This document shows positions 23,961 through 36,900 of a stretch of 64,000 nt of DNA, piece by piece. The notes below the pieces were generated by a model. That model had not been told where the DNA came from, ran no database searches, and saw nothing but the letters and a program-made list of their open reading frames with translations. Position 1 is the first letter of the stretch. Every line of letters starts with the position of its first letter. Source of the DNA: Cenococcum geophilum (Eukaryota); NCBI GenBank assembly GCA_050273025.1, contig CP158635.1, positions 13,392,001-13,456,000 of the forward strand, in the 5' to 3' direction. A program made the translations under genes and the position numbers.

Positions 23961-26900
23961 ATGATTTAGAGCCTCCGCGAGAGGCTTCCCCTTAACGCCT
24001 AAAGTAGATAGCTCTATATTTTATATAGTTATAATATAAATATATTTAAAAGTATACTACAGAAATCTATGGAAATATGTAATAATTTGGTTATTATATA
24101 ATATAATTATAATTTATATAGTTATAATTTGTACAGTTTTTACAATTTGTACAATTCGTACAGTTTGCGCACTATTTATTTATAGGGTAGCATTTTGCCG
24201 CAATTTGCTATTAGGTGCTATAAATTTATTATAAAACGCGTAAATTGCTATTAGGGTGCTGCAAACTTGTTACAAAACGTGCGTTTTACGCAAATTGCTA
24301 TCGACCATATCCACCTGCCGCAACCGTACGGTTTGCGGCAATTTGCCGTAAACCGCAACAACGAGCCCCAAAAAAAAAATCCTGATGATTTAAAAGTTAG
24401 GAAACTAAAATTAATACTATATTCTCCGCTTACCTTTAAGCTAGTATATAATTTCCTAATTAGGAAAAGCCGTTTATAAGTAGTTAATACTGCCTCCGTG
24501 CAAAATCTTCTTATTATACCTCTTTAGTATTACTTATAGATAACTAAAATTATTTTATATTAAACCTACGTTTAAATATAAGCCCTAAAAGCTTTTTAAC
24601 TTATAAGATTGCTATATAGGTTAGCCTAGCTATTTTATTCTTTTCCTTAATATTTAAAACTACCTGGTTAAGTATTAGGCCCTAGCTTTTATATATAGTA
24701 AGAGTAAAAGCTAAAGTAATTAGAAATTAACGCCGTAAGTAAGAGCCTCTTATACCCTCCTACTTATAAAGTATAGAAAATATAGGGATAACCTTTTTAC
24801 TATTCTGCTAAGTAAATAGGGTAGGTCCGTTATACCTATTTACCATAACTAGTAGTAACTAAGGCTAATCCTTTTTAATATCCGCGTGTCCCTTTTATAT
24901 AACATCTTTAACTATACTAGCAGTACCGTTTACTAAGCCTAGTTTAACCTAGATATTCTATATTAGTATTACTTTCGCGCCAATATATAGGGCTAGATTC
25001 TCTATAGTATCGCACTAATTATATTATGGCTTGTATAAATGCCTCTAAACTAAAGCTTGTAGAATGCTGTATTATAAAGATACTAAGCTAAAGAGAAGAA
25101 AAAGGGGTCACTAGGACCGATGTAAATAAATATATAGAGTAAGCCGCTAAGGCGCTAGCTTTGGGCGGGCTAATTATAGGTTAGCAGAATATAGCAGAAT
25201 TTAGCAGGTAACGTGCAATAGCGCCGTTATATTACCCCCCTCTTTAAAAGAAAGCCTGCCCTTAGGCTTAGTTAGAAATAGGGTAGCACTAGGTTTATAA
25301 ATATAGGATTATAAAATATAAGATAAGGAGATAAAGGGGATATAAGTACGTCTAGACTAAGTATAAAGGGCAATTATAGGCTAGAAAGAGTAGCCGCTAA
25401 AAGTCTTAGTATAGATCTAACTAATTAGGTAACTTTAACCTATGGTCGAAGTTTCTAGATATTTAAAATTTTACGGTATTGGCAGAAAACGGTAGAATAT
25501 AGCAGAATTTGGCAGATAGCTGTATTAGGGCTTTAGGGCGTTTTTATCCCTATATTCTTCCGGTAACTTATTATTTTTATTATACTAGTATTCTATCTAT
25601 TTATTTAGGTACTTTAGGGGTTTAGGCGTATTGGGGTATTAATTATAGAATTCTTTAAGCTTTTAGGGGCAGCTTATAAAGTTCTATATAGGGTACTAGG
25701 TTGGGTTAGGATTATAGCCCTTCTATTAGATATAGTATTTTAGCGTTCCCTATACTATTTTATAGGCTAGTATTTTATTAACCTCCTATTTATTATCACC
25801 GTTTACTTAAACTAGTAGGGGAGGCTTATTCTTTTATTTAGGTAATAGGTTATTTATAGCTTTCCGTAACTTATTTAGCGAGAAGATAGGGTAAACCCTA
25901 ATTAAATCTGGGAGCTTTATCTTATACGAGTTGCCTATCTTTTTAAAAACCTTATATAGTCCTGCTATCTAGTAGTTTAGCTTATATCTAGGTTGTTCGG
26001 TTTTCTAATTCCTTATTATAACCTAGACTATATTACTAGGGGCAAAATCGGGCTCTTAACGGTGTTTGTTCGCCTGCTGTTCTATTAACCTTTAAGCTTT
26101 TTTTAGGGTTTTATAGGCTACCGTCTAGGCTTCCTTTAATTATTTGGCGTACTATTGGGCCTTAGTATAGGATAGCTTCTCTTATATAGTTTAGGGTTCT
26201 TCTAGCCTTTTTTAGTTAAAGCTTATACGGGGTAAGTATCTTATTTTTAGCTAAATTAGGGTAAACCCTATAGAGTTATGGGGTAGGGTTGCTTGCGTGT
26301 AGTCTATTAAGGGTTATAGTTTAGATTAGTTATCCTAGAAATAGTTAATAAAGGACCTAAGCCTTTAGTTCTGGTACTAATTTATAATCTTTATCTAACT
26401 GTCTATCTAGGGGTAATAAGCTGTAGAAAGCTTTAGCTTAATATTTAAAATCCGGGTAAACTTATTCTAAAAGGCCGATATAAACTATAGCCTATAATTA
26501 GACATAATAGTATTTAATAGTTTATAGATTTGATAGATATAATAGACATATAGCTAGGCTACCTTTTTAGTATTAATGTTCTTATAATAGTGAATTAAGA
26601 ATAGGTGTTTACTAAAGTGGTTAACTATAACTATAACTATATCGTATCCGTTACGGTCCTTAGGTAGTTTATAAAAGTTTATAAAGATATACTGCTAAGA
26701 GCGCTCTAGTATTAGGAGTGGCTTAAGTAATCCTAGGGTTTTATTCCGTGGGATTATAGCTCTCTAGTAGTCTTCGCAGTTCTATATATATTAATTAATA
26801 TTTATAACTATTCTTGGCTAATAGTAGCGGTAGTTAATAATTTTATAGGTCTTATTCTTGTTAGGGTATACCGTAAAGACTTAGCAATAAGCTTTATGGA

Positions 26901-28410
26901 TTAGTTTAGTCCGTAGATTATTAATATTAGGGATTATAAGCCACTTCTGGTATAAAAGCAATCCTTCCTCCGTCTTAAAATTAGGGTTTCCTTTTATAGC
27001 TTATTCGCGAAGGGCCCTTAGGGCATTAGCCGTATAGTTTATAGTTAGGAGGCGGTTAATTAGCCCTATTAGCTCCTTTAAGGACTCCTCTATTAGTGCT
27101 AGCTCGTTTTACTAAAAGTCTAGCTCCTTAAGGATCCGTAAGTTAAGCTATTCTAGATAAAGGAGGGCGCGCGTCTAATATTAGGTCTTTAGCTTATCCT
27201 AAGGTCCTATATCTTATTTTCTTTAGGTTAGGGCATTAGCCTTAGAGTTTTACTTACTAGAATAATATATAATTATAAAGAAGAATTAGAAGAGTATTTT
27301 AGCCTATTAGGCTTATTATTTATAGGCAGCTTTATAGTTATAAAGTACTTTAGGGCTTTATAATCTATATATTTTTTAATTTAAGAGTTTATACCTTTAA
27401 GCTCTACGCGCTATTAGGAGAGTAATTAAATAATAGCTAGTATTTTTTTATTATATACTTCGTAGTTACACTTAGCTAGGTCTATTATCTTTAAGAAGAA
27501 AGCTATAGGGTACTATTTGCCGTCTAGATATAACTATAATAGGATTCCCGCTATAACCCTATTAAAGGCGTCCTTTTTCGGCATTAATTTAAGGTCTAAG
27601 TTATAGTAATAAAGGATTAGGGAAGAAATAAGCTAATCCTTTATCTCTTTAAAGGCTTCTATATAGCTATTATTAAAGATAAAAGATATATCTTTCCTAG
27701 TTAGTTATATAAAAGGTTTTATTATAATTTTATAGTTATAGATAAACTAGTAATAGAAGTTATAAAAGCTAAAGAAGAATTGGATTTCTTTTATTATATA
27801 AGGGGGCTTCTAGTTATAGATTACCTTTACCTTTTTAGGGTTAACCTTAATTCCTTCTATAGTTATAATAAACCTAAGGTATTTTATATGTTTTACCCTA
27901 AACTTATATTTCTTAATATTAACTTATAAGCCTGTGTTCCGTAGTCTCTCTAGGACCTTTTTAATATAAACTTAATGCTTAAGTTTGTTATCTAAGTATA
28001 TAAGAATATTATCTAGGTATACCGTGCAGAATTTATTAAGGTAATTAAAAAGAATATTATTTATATACCTTTAGTATATAGCCGGTCCGTTTATTAGTTT
28101 AAAAGAAAGAACTTTATATTTATAGGAACCATAATAGGTACGGAATGTTATTAAATCTTTAGATATAGGGTCTATCCTAATTTAGTAGAAAGCTTGGTGG
28201 ATATTAAGTTTGGTAAAGATCTTTACCTAGCTTAAACGTATAAGGGTTTTATTAATTAAAGAAATAGGATACTAGTTCTTTTAAGTAATAGCATTTAGCT
28301 TTTAATAGTTAATATAAAAATTAAGGCCTTTATTAGGCTTTTTTACGAATAAAATAGGGGAAGTAAAAAGGGCTTAACTTAGCTTAATAAACCCTTTATC
28401 TAGGTTATTA

Positions 28411-31400
28411 TTATTATTATTTGTTCTATTTATTGCCCGATTCGGTCCCTTTTCAGGTCCATGCAGGCTACTACCTATCTATGTAGGAAAAGAATCCCTA
28501 TAAGGGGAAAAACCTAGGTATTTCCTTTCAGCTAGTCTTACGCGCTCCGCCTTCGCCTAGCTAGTGTATCCTTGTGTCTTATAGTCTACCTTACGTACCA
28601 TGCTTCCTAGGTATATCGGAAGATCTAGGGGGAGGGAGTAGTGGGAGGGTCTGGCGATTTGCTAGTGTGCCGCCTATGGCTAGGCGGGGGGTAACCAGTC
28701 GCTAAGGGGCTGGAAAGGGGTGTATCCTGTAGTGTCCTCCTATTAGATCTTATATGCTATTTAGAACTGCTAGAGGATTCCTTGTCCTATAAGCTATTTT
28801 GCTACTATATATAGGCCCCTCCTTATAGAGAGCATCTGGGTAATATTATTTATGCCTACGCTAGTAAGTAGCTAGTCCCTTGCTAAGCGGTGGCTGCAGA
28901 ATAGCAGTATATAGCGTACTAACTAAGTGGGCCATCCGCATGTACATTAAGGTATAGTATTTAGAACATAGATGCTTACGAGCCATGCGTTTAGGCCTAA
29001 GACCTCTATCTATAGTAGGAAGGCGGCTATAGATTCTACCTTTGTCAGTCCTTTATATAGGGGGAGGGTTAGTGTCAACTATGGGGTGTTCCATATGGCT
29101 ATGTCTTATGTTTTCGCTGCCTCCTTCCATTATCGCTTCCATTTAAGGTCTGCCTATCTTGCGATTAGTATAGTGGATCTCCATCTATGCTAGTAACCTC
29201 CTATCCTCTATCGCCGTTATGGCGCTCTACTAGTATGGCGCCGGGTCTTAGCCTAGTGGGCTAGTAGTTTCTACATTTCCTTTTCTCTCTCTACCGCTTA
29301 TAGGTAGAGAGCTTCCTAGCTAGTATACTTGGGCGCGGCTCTCCTTTAAGGGGCCCTCGCTTCTTATGTGAGTCTCGTTCCTCGTATACATTTTAACATA
29401 TAGCGTATTTTTTCTTTTACTAGGTGGCCTTGTACTGTAGCTGCTCTCTATATAGCAGTTATATTAATATATATGTCTAGTGGTAGAACTACCGCTTCGC
29501 GTTTTAGTACGGCGCGCGGTGTTCTCTTATAGGCTCCTATGGTTCTACGCAGGCATTAGTTTTAAAGCTTAGCTAGTGGCGCTAGGGAGCTTTTTGCTAG
29601 CACCTTGCCGCCTAGTCCTAGGCCCCACATCTAGGAGCCGTATAGTATTGTTAGCCTTATAACTGCTATATATAGTAGACGTATAAGTCTAAAAGAGGGT
29701 CCCTATATTAAGGCAATAATTTGTAATACTGCCGAGAGTGCAGCTACTCCCCTATGGGTCGCCTATGTAATATACTCGTTCCAGTTTAGTCTAAAGTCTA
29801 CCCAGACCCCTAAGATCTTAAGGGTAGCTTCTAGTTTTACTACGCAGCCCTAGATATTTACTATTAAGGCTAGGTCATTACCTACCCTTCTTTTCCTTAT
29901 AAAGTAGATAAGCTAGTATTTATCTAGTGCAAATTTGGCACCGTGTCGTTTTGCCTATATAATACACCTATTATACGCCTAGTTTAGCCTAATGCAGTTT
30001 TCTGCTGCTATATTTCTCTATAAGATTAGGTTTATATCGTTAACAAATCCTAGGGCTATTATATCCTGGCTATTATTAAATATCTCTAGTAGTTCGGATA
30101 TAAAGAAGAGGAATAGGATTAGTAAGAGGGGTAAACCCTATAAGATACCTATAGGTGTTAGTATTAACTCGCTTTTATATCCCTTAATTATAATTTTCGT
30201 AGTACGTCCTATTAGGAAGGCTTAGATAAACTTAATTATCCAGTCTAGTAGGCCCTTATTTCTTAGGATCTATAAAAGTCTCTCATATAATACGTTATTA
30301 AAGACTCTACTTAGGTCTAGGCTTAGCATAGATATAATACATCCTAGGTACGCTTGCCATACCGCGTAGACACTAAAGGTAATTAGAGAGAGGGCTAAGA
30401 GGGTTAATCGTTTCTTTCTTGCGCCTATTTATGTCCACAGTAGTAGCTCCTATGCTTCCGCCGCTTCTTATATACGTTCTATAACTATCTTTTTTAGGAG
30501 CTTTCCTAGGGTATTTTCTAGGGCAATTAGGCGGTAGCTTCCTAAAAGGGAGTAGTCTTTTTTCTTTGCCTTTCGTAAGATAACTATAGTTATTGCTTTA
30601 AAGCATTTGGGTAGTTCGCCTCTCTAAAGACAGGCGGTTGCGGCCTTAGCCAGTAGTATTACTATCGCTTCTACCACAGCTTTAATTACCTTATTTAGGA
30701 TCTTATCTAGCCCTGGCACTTTACCAATAAGAAGCTTTTATATAGCGTCCTTTATTTCTTTTGCTAATATTATATAGCTTATTTCTATAGGAGGGGGGGG
30801 GGGGTAGTTAGCCACTAATGTCCTTAAGGTCTGCTTGGCCCGCTCCTAGGAAGAACCTTTCTACTAGTATTTTAATTTTTTCCTTATTATTATTTATATA
30901 CTAGTCCTAGTCTAACCGGCGGAGTATAGGTAGGTGGGGGTCCCCTAGCGTCTCTTCAGCGGCTTACCTGCTCCACTTTAACATATACCAAAGTCCTTTA
31001 TTATATAGTTTAGTGGAGTCTATAGTAATTTCTTCTAAAAATTGGCGCCAGTTATTTCTACCCTCTTTCCGTATTACCTTCTTAAGCCTATTTTTTAGGG
31101 CCTTAAAGCTTTATTAGTAGTGGGCTTCGCCTATTACTATATACTATCACCTTACCCTCCTTACGCCCATAAGTAGCTAGGCTGCCTCTAGCAACCATTC
31201 ACGGCGGGCATGTTTGCTAGGTTTAGCTTTTAGGCAGTATTCTTCTAGGCAGTTGCCTATAGCTCTCTAGATATCTTCTAGCGATGCTTAAGGTATTACT
31301 GCTAGCCTATTAGTAATTTCCTAGGTATATTTTTCCTGGTCAAGTTTCTTAGTGGCGTATCTCTAGCGGGTTCGCTACGCTAGTGCGGCAACGTTAAGCG

Positions 31401-33643
31401 CTATCCATATAGGTATATAGTCTGCGGTAATTGCCTATATATCTTCTGGTCCGTAGAACTCTAGTCAGTTTATAAGTAAGTCTTATATAAATATAAGGTT
31501 AATTATACTTTCTTAGGCTCCTCTTTTCCAAGTAGGTTCGCCAGTTAAGGTAGTTAGGGCAAGGCCCCGCGTTTCTAGCTCATTTAGTAGGTGGGCCGCC
31601 TATATTTCGGTTATAGCCTACTACCCGCCCCACAATATATGGTATATATTAAAGTCCCCTAGGACTATTACCTCGCCTTCTACTATGTTAATAGCCTATT
31701 AAAGTAGTTCCCATATAGCAATTTAGGGCTTATTATCACTTAGGTTATACACATTAATTATACTAATTTAGCCCCTATCAGTAACTAGTTATAGTTTATT
31801 AATATTATAGCTAATATTATAGTAGCTCCATACCTATATATTAATATAATGGCTAACTAGAAAGCATATGCGAGTAGCTAGGTTTAGTTTATACAGAAGG
31901 TAGTATCCTTTTAGTTAGTATATTCTGCGTATCTACCTATTATATACCAGTTCCTATAGGGCGATTATCTAATATTCTTTTAGGTCTAGGCTATTAAATA
32001 GGGGGCGAGTTGCTCTGTAGTTTAAGTGTCCGCAGTTATATTATACTATTGTTAGTCTATTTATAGTATTAGTTAGTCTAGTAACTTATAGGTGTCTTCC
32101 ATTCGCCTCTAAGGTGTCTTAGTTAAGGGTGTTGCCATTAGGATTCTTTGCTAGGATGGGTCTCTGGCGGCATTAATGCTGCCTTACGGGCGTCCCACGC
32201 TCTACTTTACCGTTAGTTAAGCAGAGGGTGCCCCCATTAAAGTGGGTACCCTAAATCTCTTTCTTTATATAACTATCTAGCCGCCGTTGCCTGTCATACT
32301 TAGCTCCTTCTCCTCATATACGTTTCCCCACAGCGTGGCTATGACCTAGTGTAGTTAGGTTTATCTTGTCTTAGTAGATTCTAAGTATACCTTAAAGGTC
32401 TTATATGCCGTCTTCTGCCATGCTTTATATTCTTTACCGCAGTTTATATATCTAACTCCCTTATTCCTGGGGCAGTCCTTTATCTTGTGTATATTAGCGC
32501 ACCGTCCGCACCTCTCCTATCTCCCGCATGCGCTCTAGGTATAGCCCCACTATTGGCATCTAAAGCATTAGCGGATTTAGACTGCGCTATAGTATAGCCG
32601 GGCTTTATACCAGAGGCTATCTATAACTATTCCTTTATATACTATTGCCGCCTACATCTCCTAAGTTAGTAGGTTAATTATTAGGGTGCCGCGTGTTTTA
32701 ACCTTTTGGAACCCTAGTAATACCCCTATATATATAGTACGTACTCTATAGCGCCATACGACTCTAGATATTATAATACCTAAGACTAGTCTTCTAGTGG
32801 CCTCTATAATCTTTTAGATAAGTTATAAGTTTATGGCGCCTCACCCGCTTTCTACTTATATATTAAGGGGTACTCTAATTACTTTAACTAGGAAGTCCTA
32901 GCGGAGGATCTTATACTTAGGGGTATCTCCCTAGGTAATGGCCTGGTCCTTTGCCTGTTAGTTAGGGAGTATAACCTTTACGTCGCCGCTATGCAGGACC
33001 TTTACTACCACTACCTTTAGTATATATACTCTAATTAATATAAGGAGCTGTTCTGGCTCTGCTCCTATTACCTCTAGTATTTAGATCCTAACTATAGACC
33101 TCACCGGTGCTATACTAGGGAGGCGCTAAAGGGGCGCCGGTTGGGCGCCGGTAGCAACGTTGGCCCATAAGGGCTTTGTTATGTACGTTGTTAGTATACC
33201 CTATAATTTTATAGCATCCTTAATGCGGCCAAGCCTATCCTTTACGGCGTTCTAGTTCCTATTGTGCCTTGTCCATAGCTCCCGTACGATTTATCCTACC
33301 TATTAAGCCGCACGCGCTACCCCTACGCGTGGGTGTTCGTCTTCTTCCTTCCCTAGATCTTCCTTAATGTCTTTTAGGATATTTACGAGTTTTTGCCATT
33401 TCTAGTCGTTGTCCTTTAGGTGTTGTGGTTAGGTCGCCCCCTGATGGGTTTATTATAGTGTCGCGTTTTTCTATATATTGACCCACCTTCGAGTCTACTA
33501 CAACCCTCCCAGGTCGCACAGGCTTTCTGGCTATGATACATATATTCGCTCTAGGGCATATTATGCCGTAGATTTAATTAGGAGTGGGTATTTCTTTATT
33601 GGGTAAGTAGTGGGCGTGTTCTGCTGCTGTAGCGGCTAATCCG
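28411..33643 (-). mobile_element. Tad-like LINE family a, near full length, inserted in the RT of Gypsy A
   Basis: TSD TATCTAGGTTATTA at 28397-28410 and 33644-33657, with a (TAA)n tail. ORF1 has Cys/His knuckle remnants (~32400-32570). APE starts IVYYNCG (~32050), and RT GFVNDIN (=FVDD) is at about 30040. Confidence 0.92.
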
Positions 33644-33931
33644 TATCTAGGTTATTAATTAAGTACTACTTTATTACTTTTAGCTTATCTATTAATTAAT
33701 AGTAGAGGGGGCTATAGCCTAGTAAGTTATTAGCTTCTAATTAAATCTTATAATTATATATCTAGTAGGGAGGTAACTTATTTAAGGCCGGCTTTAAGAA
33801 TATATCCTTATAGTCTATATAAATAGTAAAAAGAAGGCGTTTAACTAGTTCCTTATTAGTTTCCTTAGCTAGCCTTTCCTCTCTATTATTAATAATTTAG
33901 TTAATCTTATATAGGCTTATTATAAAGACCT

Positions 33932-36900
33932 CCCCCCATTATAGTTGTAACAGGAATACCATAAGGATCACCCCTCTCGCCTATACTCTTCCTTTTCTTT
34001 ATAAGCAACCTGCTCGACTTCTTTAAGGAAGGGGCGACCCAGGGAATAGGCTTCGTTAACGACACAAACCTAATTATATACGGGCTAACAGCCGTAAAGA
34101 ATTACAGAACACTAGAGAAAGCCTATAATACTTATATAGAATGGGCAAAACGTTATAGAGTTTAATTTTTACTAGAGAAATACCAGCTAATCTATTTTAT
34201 AAGAAAATGTAACTAATCTATAGATCTCTAGTATATAATTCGCATTTAAGGCTTTAGGGGTTAACCAGTTTAGGGCCTAAGGGTATTAGGAGTATAGGTA
34301 AATAGCAAGCTCTAGTGGAGCGTATATACGGCGCAAGCAGCCCATAAAGGCTAAGCACAGTTTATCGCTTTATCTAGGATTATTAATTCTATATAGGGTC
34401 CATGCTTCTAGAGGTTACGCCTACTATATACAGCAGTCGTCCGGCCAACTATAATATATAGATCCAGTATTTGGGCCATTAGAGAAACTAAAAAGGGCCC
34501 CCCTAAATTACTCCTTAAACCACTTTAAAAGGTCTAAATAGCCTACCTTTAGAGTATTACAGGTGGGTATAAGCGAACGGCTATAGCACTACTTAAGAAG
34601 GAATCTAATATTCCCCCCCTATAGTTATATATTAAAGCCGCTGTAATATAAAGGATATAAAATAAACGTAACTCTAATATTATAAAGTATATTAAAACAC
34701 GCCTAAGTAAACTATAGAGGGACCCTAGGGTGCTCCGTAGGAGAATAAACCAATAACCCTAAAGTAGGGAAGAGATATTAGAGAAACAGGTAAAGAAAGC
34801 AGAAGAAAAATAGTGCCGCTTTAGGGCCTAGGCCTATATAGAGGAGAAAGGGAGACGTATAAGAGGTTAGTAAAGATAATAGTAAGATAGAGAAAGGAGC
34901 TAAAGTAGAACACGTAAGAACGCTAGGAAACTATCTACCGTAATATAATACTGGTTAGACTAACGCTAGAGAGGTAAATAGAAGTTAAAGGTATAGAGGC
35001 TAACTTAGGTAAGATAAACCTAGGCTATAGTATAGTTAACGCTATAAGGGGTAAATACCTAAGGGCTCTAAGAAGGCCTAATAAAGGTAGAAAATATAAT
35101 AATAATTTATTACTTAATGTCCGATTTGGATCCCTACTAGGCCTACGCGGACTACTCCTTATTTATATATGGGGAGAAAACTCTATTTAAGAAAAATAAG
35201 AAAACCCCGTAATCCATCTCCCCGCCTTTTAGGACTCGCCTACTTAGCGCCTACAAGTCGCCTATGGTGCTCTACTACCTTACTATTTAACCTTCTTAGG
35301 AACCACTGCTGCCGTAATAAGCCTATAGACGCGCTAGTATTATAAACTTTTACTCTACTACTATAGAGTTACTAGGGGGCACCTACTGCTCGCCCCCTTA
35401 CCTTCTATTACTATTTCCCTTATAACCTAGAACTAATTTAGCATATTTTAACTAATAAGCCACTAGGTAACCGCCTTAAGGCCTTTTTATATTAAGAGTA
35501 GTATATTATAGTTCTCTATGCCAGCTACTAAGAGTATTATTTCTTAATTAGTGCGTAGGGGGCATAGCAGTATTACGTGTTTTAGTGTCTGTCTTAGCCA
35601 GCTATATTCGCATCTTAGGCTACCTACTAGGACACCCACCCAGTAAAGCCAATCTTTTAGTCCTATTATTCCTGTTCTTAAGAGTATTGCTATTATATTT
35701 TCTGCCTTTATTAGGCCTTCTCGGAGCCCTTAGGTATTTACCCCCTATAGCGTTAACCATGCTATAGCTTAGGTTTGTCTTACCTAAGTTAGCCTCTATA
35801 CCTTTAACTCCTATTTACCTCTCTAGCGTTAGTCCAACCAGTATTATATTACGGTAGATAGTTTCCTAATATTCTTACGTATTCTACTTTAGCTCCTTTC
35901 TTTATCTTACTATTATTTTTACTAACCTCTTACACGTCTCCCTTCCTTCTCTATATAGGCCTAGGCCCTAAAGCGGCACTATTCTTCTTTTGCTTTCTTT
36001 ACCTATTTCTCTAATATCTCTTCCCTACTTTAGGGTTATTAGTTTATTCTCCTATAGGGCACCCTAGGGTCCCTCCATAGTTTACTTAGGCGTGTCTTAA
36101 TATACTTTATAATATTAGAGTTACGTTTATTTTACGTTCTTTATATTATAGCGGCTTTAATATATAACTGTAGGGGGGGAATATTGGATTCCTTCTTAAG
36201 CAGTGCTGTGGCCGTTCGCTTATACCCACCTATAATACTCTAAAGGCAGGCTATTTAGACCTTTTAAAGTGGTTTAAGGAGTAATTTTAGGGGGCCCTTC
36301 TTAGTTTCTTTAATGGCCCAGATACTAGATCTATATATTATAGTTAGCCGGATAACTGCTATATATAGTAGGCGTAACCTTTAAAAGCATAAACCCTATA
36401 TAGAATTAACAATCCTAGATAAAGTAATAAACTATGCTTAGCCTTTATAGGCCGCTTACGCCGTATATACGCTCTACCGGAGCTTACTATCTACCTATAC
36501 TCCTAATACCCTTAGGCCCTAAACTGGTTAACCCCTAAAGCCTTAAATATAAATTATATGCTAGAGATCTATAGATTAGTTGCGTTTTCTTATAAAATGG
36601 ATTAGCTAGTATTTCTCTAGTGAGAATTGGACTCTATAACATTTTGCCCACTCTATATAAGTATTATAGGCTTTTTCTAGTGTTCTATAGTTCTCTACGG
36701 CTGTTAGCCCGTATATAATTAGGTTTATATTATTAACAAAGCCTATCCCCTAGGTTGCCCCTTCCTTAAAAGAGTTAAGCAGGTTGCTTATAAAGAAAAG
36801 GAAGAGTATAGGCAAGAGGGGTAATCTTTATGGTATTCCTATTACAACTGCAATAGGGGGGCTCTGGTATCCGCTAAAGACTAGTAATATTTCTTTTTAG

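Larger units (their letters stand above)
21385..24387. mobile_element. Non-autonomous TIR element with CATCAGG...CCTGATG ends, filled with satellites; superfamily unassigned
   Basis: AT|CATCAGGAAATTTTTTTTTGGGCACGTTATTGC ... GCAACAACGAGCCCCAAAAAAAAAATCCTGATG|AT. Repeated subterminal GCAATTTG/CAAATTGC motifs occur at both ends. Confidence 0.7.

Noticed and set aside
24382..24410. Hammerhead ribozyme core (CTGATGA...GAAA)
   Set aside because: Stem II does not pair properly and no stems I/III are evident. CTGATG is explained as the element terminus.
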